Source of the DNA: Takakia lepidozioides
Lineage: Eukaryota > Plantae > Bryophyta
Length of the DNA: 64,000 nucleotides
Assembly: GCA_030704615.1 (NCBI GenBank)
Contig: CM060731.1
Coordinates: 89,342,001-89,406,000, forward strand
Reading direction: 5' to 3'
Position 1 is the first letter of the stretch. Each line of letters begins with the position of its first letter. Made by a program: the position numbers and the translations under genes. Below, in pieces: positions 12,825 to 26,091 of this stretch. The notes below the pieces were generated by a model, which saw only the letters and a program-made list of their open reading frames with translations, was not told the DNA's origin and did not search any database.

Positions 12825-14090
12825 AGCCTCAGACGGAAATTTGGCGCCGTTTTTCCATTCTGGGAGGTTTCTGCGACTTCCTTTGAGGGGGCCCCGATGG
12901 AAATTCGGCGCCGAATTTCTATCCGGGGGATGGTCTCTGTCGGAGAGGTGTCGGCCTCTCCACCGCTCTGTTGGATATTCGGTGCCGAATTTCCGTCCGG
13001 GGGTTGAAATATGACGGCCAGGTGCCGGCCTCTCCCCCCTCCCCGACTGCATTGGAACGGCCTCGGATGGAAATTCGGCGCCATTTTTCCATCTGGGGAG
13101 GTTTTTACGACTTCCTTTGAGGGGACCCCGATGGAAATTCGGCGCCGAATTTCCATCCGGGGGATGGTCTCTGTCGGAGAGGTGCCGGCCTCTCCGCCGC
13201 TCTGTTGGATATTCGGTGCCGAATTTCCGTCCGGGGGTTGAAATATGACGGCCAGGTGCCGGCCTCTCCCCCCTCCCTGACTGCATTGGAACGGCCCCGG
13301 ATTGAAATTCGGCGCCGTTTTTCCATCTGGGGAGGTTTTTATGTCGGCCAGTTTTCGGTCTGACCCCCGACACGACTTCCTTTGGGGGGGCCCGGATGGA
13401 AATTCGGCGCCGAATCTCCATCCAGGGGATGCTCTCTGTCGAACACGTGCCGGCCTCTACGCCCGAGGCGACTTCATCCGGGCGTCCCCTGTTGGATATT
13501 CGGTGCCGAATTTCCGTCCGGGGGTTGAAATGTGACGGCCAGGTGCCGGCCTCTCCCCCCTCCCCGACTGCATCCAAACCGCCCCGGATGGAAATTCGGC
13601 GCCGTTTTTCTATCTGGGGATGTTTTTATGCCGGCCACTTTTCGGCCCCCGACACGACTTCCTTTGGGGGGGCCCGGATGGAAATTCGGCGCCGAATCTC
13701 CATCCAGGGGATGTTCTCTGTCGCACACGCGCCGGCCTCTGCGCCCGAGGCGACTTCATCCGGGCTTCCCCTGTTGTATATTCGGTGCCGAATTTCCGTC
13801 CGGGGGTTGTAATGTGAGGGCCAGATGGCGGCCTTTCCCCCGAGCCGACTGCATCCGAAAGGCCTCGGATGGAAATTCGGCGCCGTTTTTCCATCCGCGT
13901 AGGTTTTTATGTCGGCCAGTTTTCGACCTGACCCCCCGACAGGACTTCCTTTGGGGGGATCCGAATGGAAATTCGGCGCTGAATTTCCGTCCGGGGGATG
14001 TTCTCTGTCGGACAGTGCCGGCATCTCTGCCCCAGACGACTTCATCCGTGCGGCCCCTGTTGGATATTGGGTGCCGAATTTCCATTCGGG
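12825..14090. repeat. Higher-order repeat (~240-300 bp unit), each unit with three copies of the GGAAATTCGGCGCCGAATTTCC-type palindrome
   Basis: Perfect 28-bp palindrome at 13130-13157; units repeat about 5 times. Confidence 0.88.
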
Positions 14091-14389
14091 GGTAGTAATG
14101 TGACGGCACGGTGCCGGCTTCTCCCCTTCAGCCGTCATCATCCCGACGGCCCCCCACTTTCTGACTGCATACCGTTGGCAGTTATTGCGCAAAGACCAGG
14201 GGCCGCATTCCGGAGACAAGGTTCATTAACACTCTGACTGTGGATTTTTGAGATAGTTGGCTCCCTGGATTTGGATCAGGCTTCGTCGCTCGGACAAATC
14301 GGCACCGCATTCCTTCCCATCGCTGCATCCCCCTTCTACCAGGGAGCTTCCCCGCACGCCATCCTGGCAGTCTTGTGTGCACATCTCCC

Positions 14390-17300
14390 ATGGCGGAAAA
14401 CCCGAGCGCTACAGTGTACTGCCCTCCTCACGAGCATAGAGCTTCATTTCCGTGCAGAGGGGACATCTGCCGGGTGATGGAGAAATATCTGTGCGTTCGA
14501 TACCACCTGAAACCGGGGTCGGTTTTTTTGGAGGAGGAAAGGAAGGACTCAAACGGCCTTGTTGTCGAGAGTATTGTTGTGCTCCACGATGATTTTGGCG
14601 ATGGTAGGGAATGGCGAGTTCCACCATCGGACAGCGTCATATACAGGGCTGTTGGGGACTTCATTTGCCCGCCAAATGCACCTTCTATCCTGGCGCCTTC
14701 CACGAAACAATCCGCGAATCAGAGAGTGGCTACCTCAAAGAGAGAAGTCCGCAACGAAGTAAATCCAGAGCCGAACCCATCCATGAAGACGAGCGAGAAC
14801 CGGGTTGTTCACAACCTGTCCGACTCAGACGAGGTCATGGAAGTTCCGAGGTCGTCCTGGAGATCAGGCAAGTCCTCAATGGACGTCAGTGGAGGAGGGA
14901 GTCATATTCCCAGCATGAGCACCGCAGTTCGATCTATTCTTGAAATTCTGCGAGGGCTTCACCTGGAGGGACACCGGTCGGAGCTGGCCGGGCTGGACTA
15001 CAGCAAGTTCGCAATTAAATCGGTTACATGCCTTCCCGCCGACGTCGACGGTAATATCTTCTTTGAGTTCCCTCCTCGGGCGGACTACTCGAGGGCGTCC
15101 GGAATGTTGACAGATATGGATAGAAAACATGACGGTCATCCTTGGTGCGTTACCAAAACCACCAGCATGAAGATGCTCGATGGTGTGCGGGTGCGCTACG
15201 TTGTTTGTGCGGGCGCGTTGCGGTGTTTCTCCCCAACTTGCTTCCACTTTAAATCCAGAGGTCACAGAACGAGACCGATTGGACAGGCACAACTCATCAA
15301 CCATTTCGAGCTCAGGAGAAGGTTCCGAACTCCACATTTAAGTGTGCGCATTGCAAAGAACCACCACACTGCATGTCTGTTTGTAATGCCAAGCAGTTCT
15401 ATGTGTTGCACCGTTTCCCTGACCTCACCCGAGCTTGCATACACGTTGGTTCCCATTGTCACAAATTGGCGAGGGGGAACTCGTGGGAGGCTGCCCACGA
15501 AGCAGAGCAGCTCATTCAGGAGGAGGTTAAGTTGAGACCGGGTGCCAAACCCAAACAGATACAGCTCCAAGCTGCCCATAAGATGGCATTGGCCAGAATT
15601 ATGTCGGAAGACGGCTCCGATAGAGTTCCTCTCGTCGAGAAGGAAATGGAGGCATTGCTGGAGTCGGTGTCCCACGTATGTTCACCGAATGTCCGAAACC
15701 ACATTGTCTCATGCAAACAGAAAATTGGGCGTGGCTCGGATATGCCTCCATTCTGGAGGTGAAGCGACGATGTGGATATGACTACATTCATGGAAGTAGG
15801 TTTCCAGGACAAGGGTCTGAGGCAGATCGTTGTTTCGTATTCAAAATGTCCACGTGTGGACCTGGCAGCGGCGTCGAACTGGTCGACAGGATGACGAGTG
15901 GGGACTTGTCAAACAGTTGGGTCATGTTCGACCATATCAAGCGAATTACAAATCACCAGTGGGTGACAATGGGTGCACATGTCTACGACACCCACTGCAG
16001 GATGCTAATGACAATTGCTATTTGTGAGATGAAAGGAGAGGACACACAATCGGAGATGCTTCTTTGGCAGGGAATAAACGAACAGATGGCCAAGGCGGGA
16101 TTGCCCCCTCCGAATTTCCGTGTTTCATGGCGGACAACGCACAAGCAAATTGGGCTGCCATCCGAAGGGTGTACGGGCAAGACCCCAATGTTCCCATGGA
16201 AGGCAAGGAGAGATCTTGTGGGTTCCATTTTCTGCAGAGCCTTTCGCAGTACACAACCAGGCTCGTGGCGCCAGATTTCAGAGAGGAGCACCGTTCCATG
16301 TGCCTTGCGTGGAAGCGCGCTCCCACCTTGGATGATGCAGAGACACAGTTTGCATGTATACGGGCTTGGTGGACATCGTCAGGTGCTGTAAGGAAATCAG
16401 ACGAGGGAGCAATGGTCAGTTGGCTAGCATGGTGGCATTATCGTTTCCTCCAGTTCGGCGACTATATGCGGGAGGTGAGTTGCACGAATTCGCGTCCCGT
16501 TGAATATTATTCTTGGCCATATTTGTAACTTGCTTGTAACCTCAACATGTGCTTGTGTAGGAAATGTGTCTTGACTCCGACACGACAAACATGGCCGAAT
16601 CAGTGCACTCTTCCTGGCGTGCCTCCTCTGCGGCGCATCTGGTGGACATCCTCACTGCCACAACGGAGGACATTGTGAGGTCAATTATGCAGCAATGCAG
16701 GTACAACGAGTTCTTGAAAGGGAAACAGTGGGGCTTGGGGCCGGACAGGCAGGAAATGCTGATGCGGACTGCCTCTAGATCGAAGAATCCTCGGAAGTGG
16801 GCGGCGGCCTTGCGAGAGGGCCTTCGGGACACGCCATTGCTGCGAAGAGGCCAACATTTGGAAGGAGATGTTCATACCCGTCCAGTGAGACAAAGACTTG
16901 ACGAGGCACCTGGCGGAGAAGAGGATTCATGGCGAGCTGACAAGAATATTCGCACGCTCCCTCGTGGTCCGGTGATGTTGCCCGAGGAGGTCTCGTCGAG
17001 CACCGCAAGTCCTGCACGTTCAAGATCGCCATCTCCTTTGAGCACAGGGCGCGTGCCCCGGCAACATAACGAGCCATCTGTAGTAAAGCAGTACAACATT
17101 CCCATTGTGGAGACAAAAGTGTCGGAGTCACAGTGGAGAATTGTGAGGACATTGCCGGCATTTCGAGGGAAGTGCTGCGCCATCCGGGTGGATACGAGAG
17201 CACGCTGTGGTGAGATGATTCGGAGGAACCCACACGGTGCTGTACCTACACCTTGTTTCAGCGGCAGATTTTTTACTCCCACATTTGCTCACGCCACAAC

Positions 17301-17966
17301 GCAGACATTTTGGTTCTGTAGGCACGACATAATGACCTGTGTATTTGGCAAGCCCAAGTACGGGATTCAGGGAATGCCGGAGCCTCCGGGCGTCTGGCCT
17401 GTTGCACCGGGTTGCAGCCTCTCTCAGAATGAGGCGGATGTTCTATCTGCAGGAGGATTTCGAATGGTGCAACGCACAGACATCCCGGCCCACGCATTTC
17501 CGGTTCCTCAGACCCAACCATTGCAGACTGCTCGGTCCAGTAGAGACGGATTGGACAATTCTGCACATCCCACAATGCGATTCGGAAGAGTGAAGAGACG
17601 ACACCCCCCAACAAGTTGAATGAGACTCGGATTGCCAATGCTCTTGGGATGGCTTGCACTATTCAGAGCTCCGTGGACGTACCCCCACCCGGCCTTGGGC
17701 GTGTGTATCGGATGGCAACGGCCGGCTCGGCTGTACGCGACGATGTATACACAATTACGATTGGAGTGGAGCCGACTTGCAATTGTACGGACTTCTCGTT
17801 GATGGAAGCAAAGAAGGGTTCGAAGTATTATCCGTGCAAGCATCTGTATTACATTTACCTGAAGAGGTTGAGGATGAACGTGACTATTGATGACTTTATT
17901 CATGCACCGGCGTTGAGCGTGAACGAGCTGCACAAACTCCTCCTTAGGGATTCCAGAAATCATTGA
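14390..17966 (+). CDS. MULE-type DDE transposase with N-terminal Cys/His domain and C-terminal SWIM zinc finger (frameshifted as assembled)
   Basis: WVMFDH (D1), FMADN (D2), CGFH (CxxH), TTNMAES (E), GT-AG intron 16475-16560, SWIM TCNCTDF...PCKHLYY. Confidence 0.88.
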
Positions 17967-18119
17967 TGGGGCAAAGGGAATCCTCCATATGGATATTTTC
18001 AATTGCATTTTGCTGTATCAGACTTTTTTTTGCAGTGTAATGAAATGCACCCCAAAACTCCTGGAATGAGGCAATATTCCATTCAAACTGAGATCCAACA
18101 GAAGCAGTTGTGGGGCCAT

Positions 18120-18555
18120 TTCTGGAAAAATGGCGCCGAATTTCTCTTTTTGGGGCCGAAAACTGGCTAAGTCCCAACATGCACTGGTACTGTGTCTGGG
18201 AAAATGGCGCCGAATTTCTCTTTTTTGGGCCGAAAACTGGCTAAGTCCCAACATGCACTGGTACCGTGTCTGGAAAAATGGCGCCGAATTTCTCTTTTTT
18301 GGGCCGAAAACTGGCTAAGTCCCAACATGCACTGGTACAGTGTCTGGAAAAATGGCGCCGAATTTCCCTATTTTGCGCCGAAAACTGGCTAAGTCCGAAC
18401 ATGCACTGGAAAAATGGCGCCGAATTACCTGTCATGAGGGGACCTATAGCCGCGGAATTCGGCACCATTTTTGCCAGAGAGACCTATTACCGCGAAATAC
18501 GTCGTCGTTTTTTCAGGTTACGGACCCTATTACCGCGAAATTCGGCGCCATATTT
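18120..18555. repeat. ~74-bp tandem repeats carrying the same GGCGCC palindrome near the right MULE end
   Basis: GGAAAAATGGCGCCGAATTTCTC...CTGGCTAAGTCCCAACATGCACTGG occurs about 4 times. Confidence 0.88.
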
Positions 18556-18806
18556 GCACATGTCGCTGGGAATTGGCATGAGCGGAAGACGAAATATCAT
18601 GAGCACAACTGTCAAAACTGCAATTTTCCCTTCAAGGGGCCGAATAATATATTTGTTTTTCCTGACACATTGCATTAAATTATTGTTTTTTATTGTTTTT
18701 TATTTTCGAAATTTGTACTTCTGCTCATGAAAACCGATTGTCTTACTACTCCGCTCATGCCCCTCATGCCGCTCATGCTCATGAAATAGCAAACCTCGTC
18801 CGGAAC

Positions 18807-19327
18807 AGCTCCCCACTCTTTGGTCGCTTTCCGGCTCGCTCGCTTACTCACTAGTTTTTGGTCACCAACGGGCTTGCACCGTTCTCGGGGTTACTACTCC
18901 CTATATATACTTCTGTAGCTGTCCGCGGGGGTTTCACAAACAACCATGTCATTTTATGGCGAACCACCACGAACATCCTCAACTCCCGGTGATGAGTCGC
19001 GGTGAGTCTTGGCCCACCCACCACGGCCCCTATGGACCGTGATGAGTCCCAAGACTCCCCACGACTCCCACCACGAGGTCTCCGCCTCAGGGTGAGTCCT
19101 ATGCCACCCCCACTAAGTCCCGCTAAGCTACCACCACCCCTTGTGGAGCCACCCCCACCGCAACCCGGTGTGCGGGGCTCCACCTAGTGAGCGCCTCCGC
19201 CTCCTTGAGTGTCTTGGGCACTCAAGGGTGCTTCAGCTCCCCATACCTATCGCTGCCATTGCCCCCACCACAGGGGCAGCCCCACTCGTGTCCCGGCCCC
19301 CTGCCCTCAAGGCAAAGGGCCGCGACA
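18807..19327 (-). repeat. 3' LTR of chromovirus copy 1, part 2
   Basis: Matches the remainder of LTR 24794-25519; 205+521=726 bp. The minus-strand purine tract GGTAGGGG is adjacent. Confidence 0.95.
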
Positions 19328-20232
19328 CACACCCCTACCAACAGGGAGTCGATGTCCTCATCGGCTTGTCCATTTTGTGGAAACGAACATCCAAGTTGTG
19401 GCGTCCCACATCAAGGAGTTTGTTTCCGTACCATGGCGTCCCATGGCAAAGAACCAAACCCCAACTTGACTCTATTCTCCACTAGCTAGTTCGGCCGACT
19501 TCCTCCAAGTCCCGGCCAAGGGTGGAGCCTCTCAAGATCCTCCCAGTGCACTCTTCTTGGCCTACTTTAAGGCCAAGGAACGATCCTCCCTGAGGATCGA
19601 ATCGCCTTACTGCAACAACATTGCTTGCGACCGCTCATGATGCCGCTTTTGGCATCACCTTGAGCAAGGGTTCACCTTGAACCTCTTTGACTAGGAAGAT
19701 AACCTTGAACCAACCGCGTGCCCCAATCACTACAATTGGGTCCGCCTTGGAATGCTGGCCTGAGGTACCGGAACACGCCGAAGCCGCACTACGACTTCGT
19801 CCCGAGGCTACACGATTATAGTACGTGAACGGAAGCACGTAGCTTCCGCGTTAGCCCGCACTACAATGCAACCCCCTCGGTAGCGCAGTTATAGTACGCG
19901 CACGCGCCAGGTGCGCACTAGCACGTGAACTCCCAAAGAAGGCGCAAGTTTCCTTGCCCCTTGGATGGGAATCACCCGATTTCGGCAGTGCGCAAACACA
20001 CGATTAACCCAATTTACCTCTCCCACTTTTGTAAGCTAGCATGCATTCTTACACACTAGCCAACCACACCATGCATCACCATTCCAAACAAAATAGGATG
20101 CACAACATTTGGAACCCATTTCCTTTATAACAAATTTTTGTACAATACAAGTTTTTGCAATCGGATTCCTAAGCTAGCTAAGCCGGGCTAAGCATGCATT
20201 TCCTCCCCCACGCTCCAAGGTTGATGTCCTCA

Positions 20233-23200
20233 TCAACGCTTCTTCCGCTTTTGAGGTCGCCCTTCGAAAACTGCAACCGCCTCGGATGCATTTCCCATTT
20301 CTGAGGCACGCACCCAAGATGCCTCCACATGATGATAGCCCTTCCATTTGACGAGATACTCCGTTTCTCGGTTCTTGAACCTCCTCGACTTAAGTACTGC
20401 CTCCACCTCGTACTCAGGTTCATTTTCATGATCCAACAGCACAGGTGGCGGCCGCAACACTTGATGTCGATTCGGACGCGCTTCATCTTTGAAGTAAGGC
20501 TTCAAAAGGGAGACGTGGAATATTGGATGCACTTTGCTGTTTGCCGGCAGCTCCAATTCATACACATCCTCATTCATAACCTTCTGGATGCGAAAATGTC
20601 CCGCATACGGAGGTACAAACTTTGGACTCACTTCCGGAGGTAGTCGGAAATTCTTGATGTTCAACCAGACCTCCGTGCCTGCCTCAAACTTCACTTCCCT
20701 CCGCTTCCGATTCGCCTGCCTTTCATACCGTTTCCTAGCTTTGGCAATGTTGTACTTTGCGAGCTTCAACAAACGCTCGCGTTCTTCCAGTACCGCCGCT
20801 ACTGCCGGTTCCTCAACGTCTTGGGCGGCCCAACTTGTTGGCACCAGAGGTGCTTTTCCATAGACCAACAGGAAAGGGGAAACTCCCGTTGCGGAGTGTT
20901 CTGTGTTATTATAACAGAACTCTGCCGCGTCTAAGTGTTCCATCCAGTCTGATTGGTCTGCCGACACGTAATTCCGCAAGAATTGCTTCACTACGGAATT
21001 CACTCTTTCCGTTTGGCCGTCTGTCGTAGGTCGGAAGGCGGTGCTCATCTTCAGCCTCGTCCCCATCTTCTTCCAAAGTGCTCTCCAGAATTTTCTCGTA
21101 AACTTTGGATCGCGGTCCGAGACAATATCCTTCGGGACTCCATGATGCTTTAAGACGTGGGCGAAGTAAAGTCGCCCTTTCTCCTGCGCTGTTGTCGTCT
21201 CCTTGGTGGGGATGAAATGGCCCATTTTACTGAACCTATCCACCACCACCATGATTGCATCGAATCCTTTTGACAGCGGCATAGCAGTCATGAAATCCAT
21301 CGAGACGCTTTCCCAAGTCCCCTCTGGAATCGGCAAGGGTTGTAACAGCCCTGCTTGCTTTTTGTACTTGCTCCGGTTTTGTTGGCATGTGGTGCATGTC
21401 TTGACATACTCCTCTGCCTCCTCCCTCAGTTTGGGCCAGAAATACTCTTTCTTCAAGAGTGCCGCAATGCGCTTGGCTCCGCCGTGGCCCGCAAGCGGGC
21501 TATCATGGCATTCTCTCAAGAGGCTATCTCTGATCCCTCCCTTCGGCACGTAGAGACGCTTTTGCTTATACCGGAGCAGTCCATTTTGCAAGTGGAACTG
21601 CGATTTAACCCCCATCCTCAAGTCCTGCATCACGGACTTCGCCAGCTCATCTTCCTTTGGAGCGCCGTCTCGCCCCTGTACACCAACAAGAGCTGCTGCT
21701 TTCTACTTAAAGCATCGGCCACCACGTCGAACACCGCCAAAGTATCTTGCCACCTAAGTTGTTTTGGGGACAACTTGGGCTGCGTGGCAAAATACTTCAC
21801 CGTGACATTGTCCGTGAACACCTTCACTGGGTTGGAACCAACATAGTGGCGCCAAAGCTTAAGACAGTGCACCACCGCCTTCATCTCTTTCTTGTGCGTC
21901 GGCCACCGTCGCTCCACTTCATTCAGTTTCTTACTTTCGTAAGCCACTGGACCTCTATCTTGCATCAGTACACCCCCAATCGCGAAGTCCGACGCATCTG
22001 TATGGATCTCGAACGGACGATCAAACTCCGGGATTTTCAAGACTGGAGCTTCCGCCATCCGCTGCTTCAATTCAGCAAAAGCTTGGCCACAAAAGGTGTT
22101 CCATGCCCAGACTTTGGATTTACACAGAAGGTCTGACAGCGGCCCGCGATCTTGGCGAAATTTCTCACATACTTCCGGTAATAGGAGGCGAGTCCTAGGA
22201 AGGATCGCACTCCCAGGACCGAAGTCGGAGGCTCCTAGTCCAAGATTGCCCTCACCTTCCTGTCATCCATTCTGATCCCATCCTGTGTAATCACATGCCC
22301 CAGGAACTCCACTTTGGTGACCCCGAATTCGCACTTTGAAGCTTTGGCATACAGCTTCCCTTCCCGCAATTTCTGGAACACCCTTTTGAGGTGCTCTTGG
22401 TGCTCCTCCTTTGTTTTCGAATACACCAAGATGTCGTCGATGTACACGATCACAAAATCATCCAACCACTCTTGGAAAAGGCTGTTCATCAGCGTGCTAA
22501 AGGTCGCGGAAGCGTTGGTGAGTCCAAAAGGCATCACCAAGAACTCATATGAACCATACCTTGTCCTGCACGCGGTCTTCTCCTCATCTCCTTCCGCCAC
22601 TCAAATATGATGATAGCCGGAGCGCAGATCGATCCGGCTGAAATACTTCGCTCCTGCCAACCGATCGAAAAGGTCGTCGATCCTTGGCAAAGGGTACCGG
22701 TTTTTGATAGTCACCTTATTCAAAGCCCTGTAATCGACACACATCCGCAGCGTCCCATCCTTCTTGTCTGCGAATAGCACCGGGGCTCTGTAAGGTGACT
22801 TACTCGGCCGGATGTACCCCTTTGACATTAGATCTTTGAGCTGAGTCTTCAGCTCGACCAACTCTCTGTGGCTCAACTGATAGGGCGCCTTTGCATGCGG
22901 TTCCGATCCCGGTATCACCTCAATCTTGTGGTCAACTCCTCTTCGTGGTGGCAAGCCGCTTGGTAAATCCTCCGGCATCACATCCTGGTACTTCTCCAAA
23001 ATCCCCTTGATCCAATCTGGGCTCGGCTCCCCATCGCCTTCTCCCTTCACTTCTCTAATGTAAAGCAAAAAGTGGGGCTCGTGTGCCTCCTCCACGGCCC
23101 ACTCCCTTGCTGACAGAAGGCTTATTCGCCCTCCCACGGGTTTGGGCGTTTCCGACACTCGTAAGACCTCGCCACCATTCCCACATGGCAGCGTGACTAC

Positions 23201-24738
23201 TCTCTTGCGGCCATCTATGACCGCTCCGGATTTGCTCAAAAAGGTCATCCCCAAAATGAGATCCACTCCATCGATCTCGCAGATGGTGAAGTTCTCACGT
23301 CCCTCCAAACTCCCCAGTTGAAGAGGAACATCAAACGCCAACCTTGTCACCAATTGTGGTTCTCCTTTGGCAGAACGCACCTCAATAGAGGCCCCCACGT
23401 CACTTGTCGGGAGTCCCAGCTTTTGTGCCATTGCCGGTGTCATGAAGGAGTGCGACGCTCCTATGTCCACCAACAACGACACGTTAGTTCCGGATATTAT
23501 CCCATCCACGAACAATAACTGACTCCCTTTACGTAAGGCGCCAGTTTCCTGATACAACTCACAAGAAAATTTGCCTACCTTGCAAGTCTTGGCGACCACC
23601 GCTTCCACCAAGCGACTGATGGTATCTTCTGACAGCTCTGTGGTCACCCGAGTCATGTTCAATTGCCGGGGCTTCGTGCACTTCTTGGCCATGTGCCCGG
23701 ACTCCCCGCAATTGAAACACACTCCATCAAGGTTGCCTTCTGTCCGCCATAGGCCGCTCCACCCGCTTTTCCTTTCGAAGCACCGGGTGCCGCCTTGACT
23801 TGTGAAGGCCCTCCCTTCGATTTCCACGTGCCATTGGCGCCGCGTGGCCTATCCCACTTCTTTTCCGGTCGGAAGGAGTCACCTTCCCGCCGGGTCTTCT
23901 TGTGGTTCAGCTCCGTACGGCCTTGTCTTTCACCCTTAGGAACATCCGAGAAACATTCAGCCCTCTCAATTGCCTCGTTCAAAGTCTTAAGTGGCTTCTC
24001 CTCCAACTTCCGCCTGGCCCATGGGGCCAGTCCCGCCACAAAGTTGAAGACCATTTCTGGTTTTGCCATGTCCGCGACTTCGAGCAACAACACATTGAAA
24101 GCCTGGACATATCCCCGAATGTCATCTGTTTGCTTCAAATTCCTCATCTTGTCCCGGGCGAGCCAAGACGCGTTGAGGGGCACAAACTGCCTCTTCATCA
24201 ATTCCTTGAACCCACTCCAGTTCAAGGTTTCCGGGCTTGGACCTTGCTCGTGAAGGCGTTTCTGCCACCATTGTTGAGCAAAGCCCCTCAAATAGGTGGG
24301 AGCCACTTCCACGCGATCCTCGTCACTCAACTTGGCCGCCCGGAAGTACTGCTCTAGCTCTAAGAGCCAGGTGTTGAGTGTCTTCCGATTTTGGACGCCC
24401 TCGAAGGTGCCGGGTTCCTTAGGCTTCACCTTAAACTTTGCCTTAGTGGAAGTGGCATTAGCCGCCTTCAACACGTCTTTCAACGTCCCGCCAAATTGCG
24501 CCAACAACCTTTCCCAAAAGGCTGCCGGCATGGGAGGCATCTGTTGGTTGGTCGGAGCTCTCAGGGATTCCTCTGGCTCTGACTCCTCAGATTCCTCCCG
24601 CTCTTGAGCGGCCTCGTTTTCGGAAACATGCATCGCTTCCTCAAACGGCCGCCTCGGTGACACGTCGCCCCCATCGAGCTCACCAGGATCATCATTTTTT
24701 GGGCCGTTCCGCTTTCGCTTTGGCTTGCCCGACCCCAT
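20233..24738 (-). pseudogene. gag-pol of chromovirus copy 1 (gag, zinc knuckle, protease, RT, RNase H, integrase, chromodomain)
   Basis: [14 protein letters not shown]; LVDIGAS (DTG in copy 2); YIDDIL; HTDAS; H-H-C-C plus SMDF/SDRD/TERV; chromodomain YEVEAVLKSR...YLVKWKGY. One stop, frameshifts and small deletions relative to copy 2. Confidence 0.92.
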
Positions 24739-24779
24739 GATGAGGCCAATCCCAAGGGCGATCGCATACTGAACTCTAA

Positions 24780-24791
24780 GCTCTGATACCA
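24780..24791 (-). promoter_or_regulatory. Primer-binding site (tRNA-iMet)
   Basis: Minus strand reads TGGTATCAGAGC, 2 nt after the LTR end. Confidence 0.9.
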
Positions 24792-24793
24792 AG

Positions 24794-25519
24794 TGTCGCG
24801 CACCTCACTTCGGTAAGCTCCCCCCTCAAGTCATAGTTACTCGCTTGATGCGCGCGCCTAACTCCCAACCTGGCCGCCGGGCCAACTTGGAGCTTCGGCT
24901 ACTCACCGGGGCATAACGGTCCCCCCTACGATCTCCCAAAGAACCCTTCACCCCCTTGGAACCAGCGGAATTCCCTTTGGTAGTTGGCAGTTCGGAACAA
25001 CTCCCCACTCTTTGGTCGCTTTCCGGCTCGCTCGCTTACTCACTAGTTTTTGGTCACCAACGGGCTTGCACCGTTCTCGGGGTTACTACTCCCTATATAT
25101 ACTTCTGTAGCTGTCCGCGGGGGTTTCACAAACAACCATGCCATTTTATGGCGAACCACCACGAACACCCTCAACTCCCGGTGATGAGTCGCGGTGAGTC
25201 TTGGCCCACCCACCACGGCCCCTATGGACCGTGATGAGTCCCAAGACTCCCCACGACTCCCACCATGAGGTCTCCGCCTCAGGGTGAGTCCTATGCCACC
25301 CCCACTAAGTCCCGCTAAGCTACCACCACCCCTTGTGGAGCCACCCCCACCGCAACCCGGTGTGCGGGGCTCCACCTAGTGAGCGCCTCCGCCTCCTTGA
25401 GTGTCTTGGGCACTCAAGGGTGCTTCAGCTCCCCATACCTATCGCTGCCACTGCCCCCACCACAGGGGCAGCCCCACTCGTGTCCCGGCCCCCTGCCCTC
25501 AAGGCAAAGGGCCGCGACA
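24794..25519 (-). repeat. 5' LTR of chromovirus copy 1
   Basis: TGTCGCGC...GCCGCGACA, with an adjacent PBS. Confidence 0.95.
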
Positions 25520-25752
25520 TTCACAGATGATGATGTTTATATCCAGCCGACCTTTGATGACCTTCTTGAAGAAGTGCGTATCGCAGATGAAGGTGAAGCT
25601 GCAATTGTGTTATCCCCAGAACATGGTCCTCAAAATGAAGTTGGGGTCGACCCTCGCCCCCCACTACACGCTGAAGCCACCGGTAGTGCCCCAATGGAGC
25701 TTAGGGGTGATGTACTGCCATGACCGATCGACGTACGCAACCCTGTTCATAC
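25520..25752 (+). pseudogene. hAT transposase C-terminal tail, middle piece
   Basis: Resumes YDPFTF|TDDDVYIQPTFDD... once the chromovirus is removed (TSD TTCAT/TTCAC). Confidence 0.7.
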
Positions 25753-26078
25753 TGTCAAGTTATTTTACCACTAGTGTGAAACTAGCTAGGAAATAGCTAG
25801 CTTTTACATATTGACATTTGGGATTGGCCCAAGTGTCAATCCAGGGGTCAAGGTAGATTTAGGCCTTGGAGTGATTATCTTCACGGCAAGCGCGGGAGGC
25901 TCATCTTTCTCGAGTTGAGCCTCACCGCGCCTAGCTATGGCGCGGTAGTGTGGATTCCCCATGGCGTGGGGTGCACTTGGCTTGACTTGTATTTGAGTGA
26001 TGAGGTTATATATGCATGAGTTTATGCTTCAGCTTTGTGAGCTCGCATGAGCTTGTGCTTGTATTCTTCTTCTTTATC
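25753..26078 (+). repeat. Terminal repeat A1 (326 bp)
   Basis: Colinear with 43541-43866. Confidence 0.95.
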
Positions 26079-26091
26079 GAGAAAGATGAGC
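26077..26091 (+). promoter_or_regulatory. Putative self-priming PBS
   Basis: TCGAGAAAGATGAGC is the exact reverse complement of GCTCATCTTTCTCGA at 25899-25913 in A1. There is no TGG tRNA PBS at this position. Confidence 0.7.

Larger units (their letters stand above)
4837..18797. mobile_element. 13,961-bp Mutator-like element (MULE) with two divergent genes
   Basis: Perfect 9-bp TSD GTCCGGAAC (4828-4836, 18798-18806). Short imperfect TIRs GGGGGCTGCTATTTCATGAGC... / rc GAGGTTTGCTATTTCATGAGC.... Encodes a DDE+SWIM transposase. Confidence 0.93.
4632..25519 (-). mobile_element. Ty3/Gypsy chromovirus, copy 1 (contains the nested MULE)
   Basis: 726-bp TG...CA LTRs, near-perfect 5-bp TSD TTCAT (4627-4631)/TTCAC (25520-25524), PBS-Met, and gag-PR-RT-RH-INT-chromodomain. 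Confidence 0.95.

Noticed and set aside
11860-14090. CRISPR-like array of palindromes with spacers
   Set aside because: The spacers are themselves repeated, there are no cas genes, and the context is a eukaryotic TE.
11685-14240. Many ORFs with MEIRRRISI repeats (also the short ORFs at 315-2078 and 27362-28281)
   Set aside because: These are translation artefacts of palindromic or tandem repeats.
18851-19489. ORFs within the chromovirus LTRs (repeated at 25043, 29759 and 35901)
   Set aside because: They recur only because the LTRs are repeated; no recognisable domain.
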